The notes under the pieces were generated by a model. It ran no database searches and was not told the DNA's origin. It saw only the letters and a program-made list of their open reading frames with translations. DNA of 64,000 nucleotides, taken from contig JBMOMT010000044.1 in assembly GCA_049324835.1 (NCBI GenBank), positions 15,592 to 79,591 on the forward strand. The letters are read 5' to 3'. This DNA comes from Chloroflexota bacterium. Its GTDB lineage: Bacteria > Chloroflexota > Anaerolineae > CAYNKW01. Below, piece after piece: positions 9,730 to 17,907 of this stretch. Within the stretch, counting starts at the first letter, position 1. The number at the start of each line of letters is the position of its first letter. The translations under genes were made by a program, and so were the position numbers.

Positions 9730-11238
9730 TCATTCCGATCTGGCAAACTCGACCCGCACCGACATGCCCCAACGTAACCCGGCATCAAAGGTGTCCAGCG
9801 TAATGGTGGCCTTGTAGGTCACGTCGCCAGACGACAACACGGTGGGATTGAGAGCGATCTGCCGGATGTGACCCGACAGTATCTTTTCGTCGAAAGCGGT
9901 GAAAAAAAGCTGCACCGCCTGATCCGGATCGATGTGGGTGACAGCCCACTCGTCCAGGTCTTCCGTCTCGACCAGCCAGCCGGAGAGATCGGCCACGGTC
10001 ACGGCCGGCGCGCCCGCAGCCGCGGCACTGCCAGTCTGCACAACGATAGCGCTCACCACACCACCGAACGGCGCCTGGATAGTCACCTCGTCCAGGCGAG
10101 CACTGGCCCGTTCCAGGGCGGCCTCGGCCTGCGCCACGTTGAGCGCGGCCTGCGCCATGGCGATTTCTTCGGGGCCGGCCTGCAATCGATCCAATGCCGC
10201 CTGGGCCTGCGCCAGCGACGCCTGCGCCTGTAACGATCCGGCCTCGGCCTGCGCCACACCGGCCCCGGCCTGCGTCACGGCGGCCTGGGCCTGCGCCACC
10301 GCCGCCTCAGCCTGGACGATCTGTTCGTCGATGCCGTCCACACGCGCCTGGGCCTCCAGCACACCCACCTCGGCCGCCGCCACCGACGCCTGAGCCGCCG
10401 CCAGCGACTGCTCGGAGGCCGTGGCGTTCTGCGCCTGCTGATAGCTGATCTCGGCCAGGCGCACAGCGATCTCTAAATTGGCAATATCCAGCCGCATCTG
10501 CTCCAAAATATAACCGGGGATGCCGGGCCGCGCCTGCACGGCGTCGCGCTCGAATTGCATGCGGGCCAGGTTGTTGCGCGCCTGCTCCCAATTGAGACGC
10601 GCCTGCTCCACAGCGTCGGCTTCAGGGCCGGCCTGGAGCGCCGTCAGGGCCGCCTGAGCGCTGACCAGCAAAGCCTGCGCGCTCTTGAGGCCCGCCCTGG
10701 CAGCGACGCCGCCGTCTTGCAGCGCGTCCCGCGCGGCGATGGCGTTGGTCAGTGCAATACGGGCGCTGATCTGCCCGGCCTGGGCGCTGGTCAGACTCGC
10801 TTCGGCGGCCAAAAGCCCTGCCTGAGCGCTGCTCAGTGACGCTTTGGCGCCGGCAAGCTCGGCCGCCGAGGCCGGTCTCACCGTCTGGCTGTAACTCAGC
10901 CGGGCAGCCAGCAACGCATCCTGCGCCTGGCGCACGGCCCACTCCAGCTCATCGGTGTCCAGCCGGGCGAGCACCTGGCCGGCCGAGACTTGATCTCCCA
11001 CCTCCACGGCCAGCTCGCCCACGATACCCGTCACAGCAAAGCTCAATGTCTCCACACGCGCCGGCGCCAGCCTGCCCCGCGCCCGGATCGCTGCGGCCTG
11101 GGCAGCAGATGGTGTTGCCTGTGCGCCTGGCGTTCCCTCCCGATCACCGATCAGTTTGGGGGCCAGCAAGCTGCTGCCCACACACACCCCTACACCGAGG
11201 AGGATCAGCACGATGACAATGATCACCAGTCGTTTCAT
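9730..11238 (-). CDS. HlyD/MacA-family periplasmic adaptor with very long Ala/Gln-rich coiled coil
   Basis: N-terminal TM, a biotinyl-lipoyl-like segment (VEVGDQVSAGQVLARLD), about 300 aa of coiled coil and a C-terminal beta-barrel. Lies in an operon with a MacB-type NBD and an FtsX permease. Confidence 0.85.
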   Translation of the reverse strand: MKRLVIIVIVLILLGVGVCVGSSLLAPKLIGDREGTPGAQATPSAAQAAAIRARGRLAPARVETLSFAVTGIVGELAVEVGDQVSAGQVLARLDTDELEWAVRQAQDALLAARLSYSQTVRPASAAELAGAKASLSSAQAGLLAAEASLTSAQAGQISARIALTNAIAARDALQDGGVAARAGLKSAQALLVSAQAALTALQAGPEADAVEQARLNWEQARNNLARMQFERDAVQARPGIPGYILEQMRLDIANLEIAVRLAEISYQQAQNATASEQSLAAAQASVAAAEVGVLEAQARVDGIDEQIVQAEAAVAQAQAAVTQAGAGVAQAEAGSLQAQASLAQAQAALDRLQAGPEEIAMAQAALNVAQAEAALERASARLDEVTIQAPFGGVVSAIVVQTGSAAAAGAPAVTVADLSGWLVETEDLDEWAVTHIDPDQAVQLFFTAFDEKILSGHIRQIALNPTVLSSGDVTYKATITLDTFDAGLRWGMSVRVEFARSE

Positions 11239-11265
11239 AGCAGCTCCTTTGCCTGGGATTGCCCC

Positions 11266-13566
11266 CTACTCTGTCCTCAAAGCCACCACCGGATCCAGGC
11301 GGCTGGCCCGCCAGGCCGGGTAGAGGCCGGCAAACATGCCCAGCAGCACGGTCAGCACAATGGCCCCCACGGCCAACCGCGGCGTGACCAACAAAACGTG
11401 AAGGTTTTCCAGGTGTTCGGTGATGGCATTGATCAACCGCACCGTGCCCCAACCCAACGACAACCCGGTGAGCCCACCCAACCCGCCGACGATGCCGGCA
11501 TCGACGACCACCTCGGCCAGAATGTCCGGATCACCCGCGCCCACCGCCTTTTTGAGGCCGATCTCACGCGTGCGCTCCGAAACGACCATGACCATGGTAT
11601 TGATCACGCTCAACCCACCGACGACGATGGCCAATATCCCACTGGCGCTGAGAATCAGGAAAAAAATGGTGAGCGCCTGGCGCATTTCCTCATAACCTTG
11701 CCTGGCGGTATAGGTGCGGATGCCAGGCAGCGCCTCTCTGATGCGCCGGGCAACGATGCCTGCATCCTGACCCGGCGCGATCAGCGCCGTGATAGAACCG
11801 GCCAGGCCAGACGGCTGTCCGAGCAGAGCAGCCCAGGCATCCATGGAAACAAACGCCCGGCTGTTAAAAGTTCCGGCGATGAGGTTGTTCGGCTGCCGCT
11901 CCAGAATGCCGACGACGGTGAACTCGCGGTCGCGGATGATCAACAGGCTGCCGATTGTTAACCCACGCCCCTGAGCCAGGTCGTAACCCACCACCGTCTC
12001 GGTCAGGCTGCCCGGCCAGAGCCAACGGCCGGCCCACAGCCGCGTGGAGAAGGGGTTATCGAAATCCAGCTCGCCGGTGGGCGAATCGATGCCGAAAAAA
12101 GTCTCGGCCAGCGCATCCTCACTGGCTTGCTCTTCGAGGGTGCCGCCCCAGGCGCTGATCACCATGCCGCGTACGCCCTCAACCCGTTCCACCGTCCGCC
12201 GTATGGCAGACTGCGAGAATGAGGCAGATCTACTCTCATAGACGGCGATACGATCTGCCGCGCCGGTTTCGGCCTCCTTCAACATGCCGTTCAGGTATTC
12301 ACTCAGGCTGCCGATGACCGTCAGGGCAAAGACGCCTACCGCCACGCCGCCCACGGTGAGCAGGGCGCGTCCGTGGCTGCGCAAGAGGTGAACGAGCCGT
12401 CGCAAGAGAGCCCGGCGGCCGGGCTCGGCGCCGAGGCTACCACGCAGCGCCTGCACCGGATCCAGGCGGCTGGCCCGCCAGGCCGGGTAGAGGCCGGCGA
12501 CCATGCCCAACAGCACCGTAAAGACCACCCCGGCCACTGCCAGACGGGGCGTGGTTTTAAAGATGCTCAAACCCACAGCCGCGTCCATGATGGCGTTCGT
12601 CAGGTGGGTTGCCCCCCAGCCGGTCAGCACACCCAACCCGCCGCCCAGCCCGCCGATGATCCCCGCCTCGATGACCACCTCGGCCAGCACGTCGCCGTCG
12701 GTGGCGCCCAGCGCTTTTTTGAGGCCGATCTCGCGGCTGCGCTCGGTCACCGCCATGACCATGGTGTTGACGATGGTCAGCCCGCCGACGAGGATGGCCA
12801 GGGCGGCCAGGGCGGCAAAGATCAGGTTAAAGAGAATCATACTCCGGCGGTTTTCCTCTCGGCGCTCGCTGGGCAACCTCAGATTCACACCATCGACCTG
12901 ATCCAGGATGTTCTGTGCTACCTCGTCCGGGTCTGCCCCTGGGGCCACGACGACAGTAAGGTTGCCAAAATACCAGGGGTCGTTGAGGATGCGCCGGGCA
13001 GCCTCGTAAGAGATCTGCACAAAGTAGGCCGGATCGTTGGGCACGCGCTCCCAGATGCCCACCAGGGTAAAAGTGCGGCTCTGAAAAATGATCGCCTGGC
13101 CCACCTGCCAGCCGCGCTTCTGGGTGATCTCGTAACCGGCGATGGCCTCGTGCTGGCTGCCGGGCGCGGGAAAACGACCCTCGCGGAGGCTCATGTCGGC
13201 GCGGCTGAGGTGAAAGAATTCCATGCCGGGCATATCTGAGGTGGTGCCGTAAAAATAATCGGGGCCAGAAAAAGAGGCCTCATCGTCGTCAGGATCGAGC
13301 CGCCCATAGAGCGAGCGCAGCGATCCGGCCACGCCTGGCACGCGCCGCAGTTGGCGCAGTGTGCTCTCGTTGATGGGGTGTTCCCAGTCCTCAGGCCAGA
13401 TGGAGATACGACTTTCCGAGGCGCGTTCGTTGCCCGTGATCATCTCGTTCATGAATTCACTCAGCGAACCAACGACGGTCAGGGCAAAAATACCCACGCC
13501 GATGGCAAAGAGCGTCAGCAGGGTGCGTAATCTCCGGCGGAACAGGTGCGAGAGGATCTCGTTCAT
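11266..13566 (-). CDS. ABC transporter permease with two FtsX/MacB-like modules
   Basis: Duplicated architecture of TM, large extracytoplasmic domain and 3-TM FtsX domain; REIGLKKA(L/V)GA occurs twice. Start chosen at MNEILSHLFRRR (13566). The track ORF reaches 13776 but runs into a MITE. Confidence 0.88.
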   Translation of the reverse strand: MNEILSHLFRRRLRTLLTLFAIGVGIFALTVVGSLSEFMNEMITGNERASESRISIWPEDWEHPINESTLRQLRRVPGVAGSLRSLYGRLDPDDDEASFSGPDYFYGTTSDMPGMEFFHLSRADMSLREGRFPAPGSQHEAIAGYEITQKRGWQVGQAIIFQSRTFTLVGIWERVPNDPAYFVQISYEAARRILNDPWYFGNLTVVVAPGADPDEVAQNILDQVDGVNLRLPSERREENRRSMILFNLIFAALAALAILVGGLTIVNTMVMAVTERSREIGLKKALGATDGDVLAEVVIEAGIIGGLGGGLGVLTGWGATHLTNAIMDAAVGLSIFKTTPRLAVAGVVFTVLLGMVAGLYPAWRASRLDPVQALRGSLGAEPGRRALLRRLVHLLRSHGRALLTVGGVAVGVFALTVIGSLSEYLNGMLKEAETGAADRIAVYESRSASFSQSAIRRTVERVEGVRGMVISAWGGTLEEQASEDALAETFFGIDSPTGELDFDNPFSTRLWAGRWLWPGSLTETVVGYDLAQGRGLTIGSLLIIRDREFTVVGILERQPNNLIAGTFNSRAFVSMDAWAALLGQPSGLAGSITALIAPGQDAGIVARRIREALPGIRTYTARQGYEEMRQALTIFFLILSASGILAIVVGGLSVINTMVMVVSERTREIGLKKAVGAGDPDILAEVVVDAGIVGGLGGLTGLSLGWGTVRLINAITEHLENLHVLLVTPRLAVGAIVLTVLLGMFAGLYPAWRASRLDPVVALRTE

Positions 13567-13602
13567 ATCCAGCAACCAACAGTCACCGATCGGGTTTATA
13601 CC

Positions 13603-13716
13603 GTAACCGCCCACCCTCCCGCAGGCTTGGAAGTGATTTCGAGTAGAAATCGGTCCAAGCCGGCAAACGATTTCAGTCGGTTTTCCAGCCTGCGGGAGGG
13701 TAGGCTGAGCAGTTAC
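13603..13716. mobile_element. MITE-like element, family A (copy 1), flanked by an 8-bp direct duplication
   Basis: Terminal inverted repeats GTAACCGCCCACCCTCCCGCAGGC / GCCTGCGGGAGGGTAGGCTGAGCAGTTAC. Perfect TTTATACC at 13595-13602 and 13717-13724. A second copy lies at 38565-38707. Confidence 0.75.
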
Positions 13717-13782
13717 TTTATACCTATAAAACATAGGTAATAACGCCATTGTAGCACTGTTTCGTTGCCCTGTCAACCGGCT

Positions 13783-13924
13783 ACATTTCAGTCTGGGGCC
13801 GAGTTTTCATCCTCCCGCAGGTTTTGGGTGCACAAAAGTCGTTTCCTCCCGTTCTGCGACTCTACCTGGGTGCAACTCGCCCCGACTGAACCTGCGAGAG
13901 GATAGACTGCCCCAAAAGTAACAC
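13783..13924. mobile_element. MITE-like element, family B (copy 1)
   Basis: TIR core CATCCTCCCGCAGGTT / AACCTGCGAGAGGAT with outer ACATTTCAGTCTGGGGC. Alignable along its whole length with 38804-38948. No ORF. Confidence 0.65.
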
Positions 13925-13938
13925 CCTTTGCGGGCAGG

Positions 13939-13967
13939 TTTACATTTCGCTGCAAATGTGATACAAT
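13939..13967 (+). promoter_or_regulatory. Promoter of the metG leader
   Basis: TTTACA-17 nt-TACAAT with an upstream TG (TGATACAAT). Confidence 0.6.
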
Positions 13968-13974
13968 AGCCCCA

Positions 13975-14202
13975 TCTTGGCGATGAGGATCGACCATGCA
14001 GGCCCATCTCAGGAACGTTTACCACCGACAATCCAGCTGGCTGGGGGTCTCTCGTCAGTCGTCGGCAGCCAAGGGTAACATGGGGGGCCGCCCCCCGATG
14101 ACCCTGGCATCTTTTAACCACAAGCCCGACGATTGACCGCAGGCAGGCGTGTGCTGCCAACCTTGTACGCTATCCGGCGGGCTTCAAGCCCGCTGTTTTT
14201 TT
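13975..14202 (+). promoter_or_regulatory. Unclassified cis-regulatory leader (terminator/antiterminator) upstream of metG
   Basis: About 200-nt untranslated region between the promoter and the terminator. AAGCCCG (14122-14128) can compete for the terminator 5' arm CGGGCTT (14178-14184). G6/C6 hairpin at 14082-14096. Confidence 0.45.
14175..14202 (+). terminator. Leader terminator 17 nt upstream of the metG ATG
   Basis: CGGCGGGC-TTCAA-GCCCGCTG followed by T7. Confidence 0.7.
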
Positions 14203-14219
14203 GTTCCTGGAGGAGAACG

Positions 14220-16004
14220 ATGGCCGAAAAAATACTGGTCTGCGTTGCCTGGCCCTACGCCAGCGCTTCGATCCACGTGGGCAACCTGGCCGGCGCCGAT
14301 CTGCCGCCCGATATTTTCGCCCGCTATCAACGTCTGAAGGGCAACGAGGTGCTCATGGTCTCCGGCTCCGATTCCCACGGCACGCCCATCACCGTGCGCG
14401 CCGATCAGGAAGGCCGGCCGCCGCGAGAGGTGTTCGAGCGCTTTCACGCCGAATTCCTGGAGACCTTTCAGAAAATGGGCCTGACTTACGATCTCTATAC
14501 CCACACCGACACCGAGAACCACCATCGGGTCGCCCAACAGCTTTTCAGCCGTCTGCTGGAGAACGGCTATTTACACACCCGGACAGAAGCGCAACTCTAT
14601 TCGGTGAACGAAGGCCGTTTTCTGCCAGACCGCTACGTGGAGGGCATCTGCCCCAACTGCGGCTACGATGGCGCACGCGGCGATCAGTGCGAGAACTGCG
14701 GCAAGCTGCTCAACGCCATCGAACTGATCGACCCACGCTCGCGCACCGACGGCAGCCCACCAGAGATACGCGAGACGACCCATTTTTACCTGAACCTGCC
14801 CGCCCTGGCAGATCGGCTGATCGACTGGCTCGACGACGACAAAAACCACTGGCGGCCCAACGTCATCAACTTTTCGCGCAACATGGTGCGCGATCTTCAG
14901 AGCCGCCCTATCACCCGCGATCTGACCTGGGGCATCCCGGTGCCGGTGGAAGGCTGGGAAGGCAAATGCCTCTACGTCTGGTTCGAAGCCGTCATCGGCT
15001 ACCTGTCGGCGACGGTCGAGTGGGCCAGGAACAGTGGACAGCCGGAAAAATGGCGCGAGTGGTGGTACAACCCGCAGGCCCGCACCGTCTATTTCATCGG
15101 CAAAGACAACATCCCCTTCCACACCGTCATCTGGCCGGCGATCCTGGCCGGGGCCAGATGGCTGCTCCCTGAAGACGAGGGCCAACAACTCAACCTGCCC
15201 TACGACGTGCCTGCCAACGAGTTCCTCAACATGGAAAGCCGCAAGGTGAGCGGCAGCCGGGGTTGGGCCGTGTGGGTGCTGGACTTTGTCAGCCGCTACG
15301 ACGCCGACCCGTTGCGTTATTACCTCACCGCCAACGCGCCCGAAACGCGCGATACCGATTTCACCTGGGAAGAGTTCGTGCGGCGCAACAACGACGAGCT
15401 GGTGGCCGCCTGGGGTAATCTGGCCAACCGGGTGCTCTCGTTTGCCTACAAACACTTTGACAAGCGGGCGCCCCAACCCGGAGACCTGGACGAGGCCGAT
15501 CAGGCCTTACTGTCCAGGATCGAAACCGCCTTTGAGCCTGTCGGCGCACTGCTGGATGGCTGTAAATTCCGCGCCGCGCTGGGCGAGGTGATGGCCCTGG
15601 CCCGCGAGGTCAACCGCTATCTGGATGAAAAAGCGCCCTGGTTCCAGATCAAGGCGGATCGCGCCGCCGCCGCCACCAGCATCTATACCGCCTTGCGGGC
15701 CATCGATTCGCTCAAGATTCTCCTGACGCCGTTCCTGCCGTTTTCATCACAAGCCCTGCACGAAATGTTGGGCTACGATGGTTGCCTGTTTGGTCGCCAG
15801 TACGTGGCCACATTCGAGGAGGAGACGCGCAGCCATCAGGCTTTGTGTTACGATCCTGGCACGCTCACCGAGCGCTGGCAGCCCAGCCAGTTGCCGCCTG
15901 GTCAGCCGTTACGCACGCCGCGACCGTTGTTCAAAAAACTGGAGGAAAGTGTGGTCGGAGAAGAGCTGGCGCGTATGGCGGGCAAACAAGATGGCGCCGC
16001 GTAA
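14220..16004 (+). CDS. metG: Methionine--tRNA ligase
   Basis: HIGH-type motif SIHVGNLAG and zinc knuckles CPNCGYDGARGDQCENCG. ATG at 14220 after a GGAGGAG RBS. The track ORF starts at a TTG at 14133, inside the leader. Confidence 0.95.
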   Translation: MAEKILVCVAWPYASASIHVGNLAGADLPPDIFARYQRLKGNEVLMVSGSDSHGTPITVRADQEGRPPREVFERFHAEFLETFQKMGLTYDLYTHTDTENHHRVAQQLFSRLLENGYLHTRTEAQLYSVNEGRFLPDRYVEGICPNCGYDGARGDQCENCGKLLNAIELIDPRSRTDGSPPEIRETTHFYLNLPALADRLIDWLDDDKNHWRPNVINFSRNMVRDLQSRPITRDLTWGIPVPVEGWEGKCLYVWFEAVIGYLSATVEWARNSGQPEKWREWWYNPQARTVYFIGKDNIPFHTVIWPAILAGARWLLPEDEGQQLNLPYDVPANEFLNMESRKVSGSRGWAVWVLDFVSRYDADPLRYYLTANAPETRDTDFTWEEFVRRNNDELVAAWGNLANRVLSFAYKHFDKRAPQPGDLDEADQALLSRIETAFEPVGALLDGCKFRAALGEVMALAREVNRYLDEKAPWFQIKADRAAAATSIYTALRAIDSLKILLTPFLPFSSQALHEMLGYDGCLFGRQYVATFEEETRSHQALCYDPGTLTERWQPSQLPPGQPLRTPRPLFKKLEESVVGEELARMAGKQDGAA

Positions 16005-16608
16005 ACTTTTGGTGGCGACCAACAACCCCGGCAAGGTCCGCGAATACGCCGAGCTGCTGAACGACCTGCCGGTAGTGTTGACCTATCCGGCCCAGGAAGG
16101 ACTGTCGCTGGAGGTGGAGGAAACCGGCGATACTTTTGCCGAGAACGCCACCCTCAAGGCGCAGGCTTTTGCCCACACCAGCGGCCTGCTGACCCTGGCC
16201 GATGACTCTGGCCTGGAGGTGGATGCCTTGAATGGCGCACCGGGGGTCTTTTCGGCGCGTTATGCCGGCCAGGGGGCCAGCGATGAGGATCGTTACCGCC
16301 TGCTGTTGCGTCATCTGGCCCACGTGCCGGCCAGGCAACGCACAGCCCGCTTTCGCTGCGTGGTGGCCCTGGCCGTGCCAGAGGGCCGGGTGTACACCGC
16401 TGAGGGCTGCTGCGAGGGGGTCATCGGCTTTGAGCCGCGCGGCTGCCATGGCTTTGGTTACGACCCGGTGTTTTACCTGCCGGAGCGCGGCCAGACCATG
16501 GCCGAGCTGTCGTCAGAGGTCAAAAATCGCATCAGCCACCGCGCCCGCGCTGTCCAGGCAGCCATTCCCATCCTGAGGCGGCTGCTGGGAGATCGGGTTC
16601 CAGAATAA
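15991..16608 (+). CDS. rdgB: dITP/XTP pyrophosphatase (RdgB/HAM1 family)
   Basis: MAPRKLLVATNNPGKVREY... with SHRARA near the C-terminus. Overlaps the metG end by 14 nt. Confidence 0.9.
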   Translation: MAPRKLLVATNNPGKVREYAELLNDLPVVLTYPAQEGLSLEVEETGDTFAENATLKAQAFAHTSGLLTLADDSGLEVDALNGAPGVFSARYAGQGASDEDRYRLLLRHLAHVPARQRTARFRCVVALAVPEGRVYTAEGCCEGVIGFEPRGCHGFGYDPVFYLPERGQTMAELSSEVKNRISHRARAVQAAIPILRRLLGDRVPE

Positions 16609-16620
16609 AGTGCGTCGCAC

Positions 16621-16653
16621 CAGAGCCGGGTGGAAACAGTCCATCCGGCTCTG
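16621..16653. terminator. Hairpin between convergent rdgB and C45 genes
   Basis: CAGAGCCGG-15 nt loop-CCGGCTCTG (9 bp). No clear U-run on either strand. Confidence 0.4.
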
Positions 16654-16683
16654 ACTATCTGAAGCCACGTGTCTGCCAGCCGC

Positions 16684-17760
16684 TCAGGCTCCCATCTCCA
16701 GCCGGTAGGACCTGTACTCGCCCTGGCAAGGCGGGCCAGGCGCTACCCACACCATCCGATCCGTCAGGTCCATGATCAGAGAAACCAGCGTTTGTTCCCT
16801 CTCGTGAAGGGGATCGGCCACATCCTCGTGCATGCAGATCGAGTTGGGATAATTGACGTGATCTCGCAGCAGGGCCTGCAGACTCTCTGCCGTCACACTG
16901 CCCAGTTGCTCTCTGAGCAATCGCCGGGCGCGGTTGAGCCGCACGTTAGAATTGGGGTAGGGGCCTGGCACTTCCAGCTTGCGCATCTTGGGCGAGAGGT
17001 AATGATTGGTGTGAGCCAGCCAGCCCAACTCACCGTATTCTATATCGTGCTCCGTGGCCGACGTCTCGACGCTGTACAGCTCGCCGTTGGCATCGGCCAG
17101 CAGGTAGCTGTAGCCCCCGGCGCGCAGTTTCGGCACGCAGGCCCGGATGGCCTCGCCGATGGTGCGGGCTTGTAGCACCGCCCGCGAACACAAGATGCGC
17201 GGCACACCCACGGCCCCATCGGTGGGATAAACCGAGTTGATGGCCACGCCGATACCCTCGGCGTTAAAGCCGATGTTGACCAGCAACGGCCCGTAGGTCA
17301 TGCCGATAAAGGCCGGACCGTCGTCCGGCCGGACTCGTACCAGGTAAACGTTGTCCCGGTCTACGCTGATCCAATCCTCGTTGTGGGCCAGGAGGACGTG
17401 ACCGTTGGCCGTCTGGTCGTCTCGCACGGCCACGCAGGTACAGCCCCAGATCTGCTGCCGGCTGTCGGTCAGACCTTCGTAGCAGTTGAGCGCCCAGACT
17501 TCTTCAAAGGGCACGCTGGCCCCCTCGGCGATGCCCTGTAATTCTTCCACGAATTCCGGAAAGGCCTGCTCGCCATAAGGCAGAAACTTGCGGCCCTCCC
17601 GTTGACCCTCGGCCCAGGTCATTTGCAGGGCGTGGGCCAGCACTTCGCGGTAACGGTTCAACGCCCGGTGAATCTGGACGTGGGCAGCCTCTCCCTGTTG
17701 CCGTCCACGCTCGCGAGGGCTGCCCTCGACCTCGATGATGGGAATGGTTCGTACTGCCAT
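16684..17760 (-). CDS. C45 family peptidase / acyl-CoA:6-APA acyltransferase-like protein
   Basis: 358 aa from MAVRTIPIIEVEGSPRERGRQQG. Internal GCTC.. region typical of the autoproteolytic Ntn-hydrolase C45 family. The track ORF extends to 17850. Confidence 0.7.
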   Translation of the reverse strand: MAVRTIPIIEVEGSPRERGRQQGEAAHVQIHRALNRYREVLAHALQMTWAEGQREGRKFLPYGEQAFPEFVEELQGIAEGASVPFEEVWALNCYEGLTDSRQQIWGCTCVAVRDDQTANGHVLLAHNEDWISVDRDNVYLVRVRPDDGPAFIGMTYGPLLVNIGFNAEGIGVAINSVYPTDGAVGVPRILCSRAVLQARTIGEAIRACVPKLRAGGYSYLLADANGELYSVETSATEHDIEYGELGWLAHTNHYLSPKMRKLEVPGPYPNSNVRLNRARRLLREQLGSVTAESLQALLRDHVNYPNSICMHEDVADPLHEREQTLVSLIMDLTDRMVWVAPGPPCQGEYRSYRLEMGA

Positions 17761-17856
17761 TTCGCCCTCCAAAAACGCCCTTGTTTGGTTCAGGTAGGGT
17801 AATTGTAGCACTTGTTCAAGTAAAGAGCAACCCTTTGCCGGGCACAGCATTTCGGG

Positions 17857-17886
17857 TTGCCGAGACCCTCACAGGTGTGATATACT
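17857..17886 (+). promoter_or_regulatory. Promoter of the methyltransferase-like gene
   Basis: TTGCCG-18 nt-TATACT with an upstream TGTGA. Confidence 0.5.
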
Positions 17887-17907
17887 ATTCTCAGCGCTCG
17901 CCTGCCC

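Noticed and set aside
9730-11238. Highly repetitive Ala/Gln-coding DNA in the adaptor gene, considered as a diversity-generating retroelement template/variable pair
   Set aside because: There is no reverse transcriptase, no second near-identical repeat with adenine-specific differences, and the repeats encode an ordinary coiled coil.
13975-14202. T-box riboswitch, SAM riboswitch or SRP RNA identity for the metG leader
   Set aside because: A GAUGAG K-turn-like start and GCAGCCAAGG (reminiscent of SRP helix 8) caught my eye. However, the T-box consensus and a correctly placed AUG specifier are absent. The antiterminator would enclose about 49 nt, too long for a T-box. The SRP GGAA tetraloop context is missing, and no SAM core is evident. 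It is left as unclassified pending cmscan.
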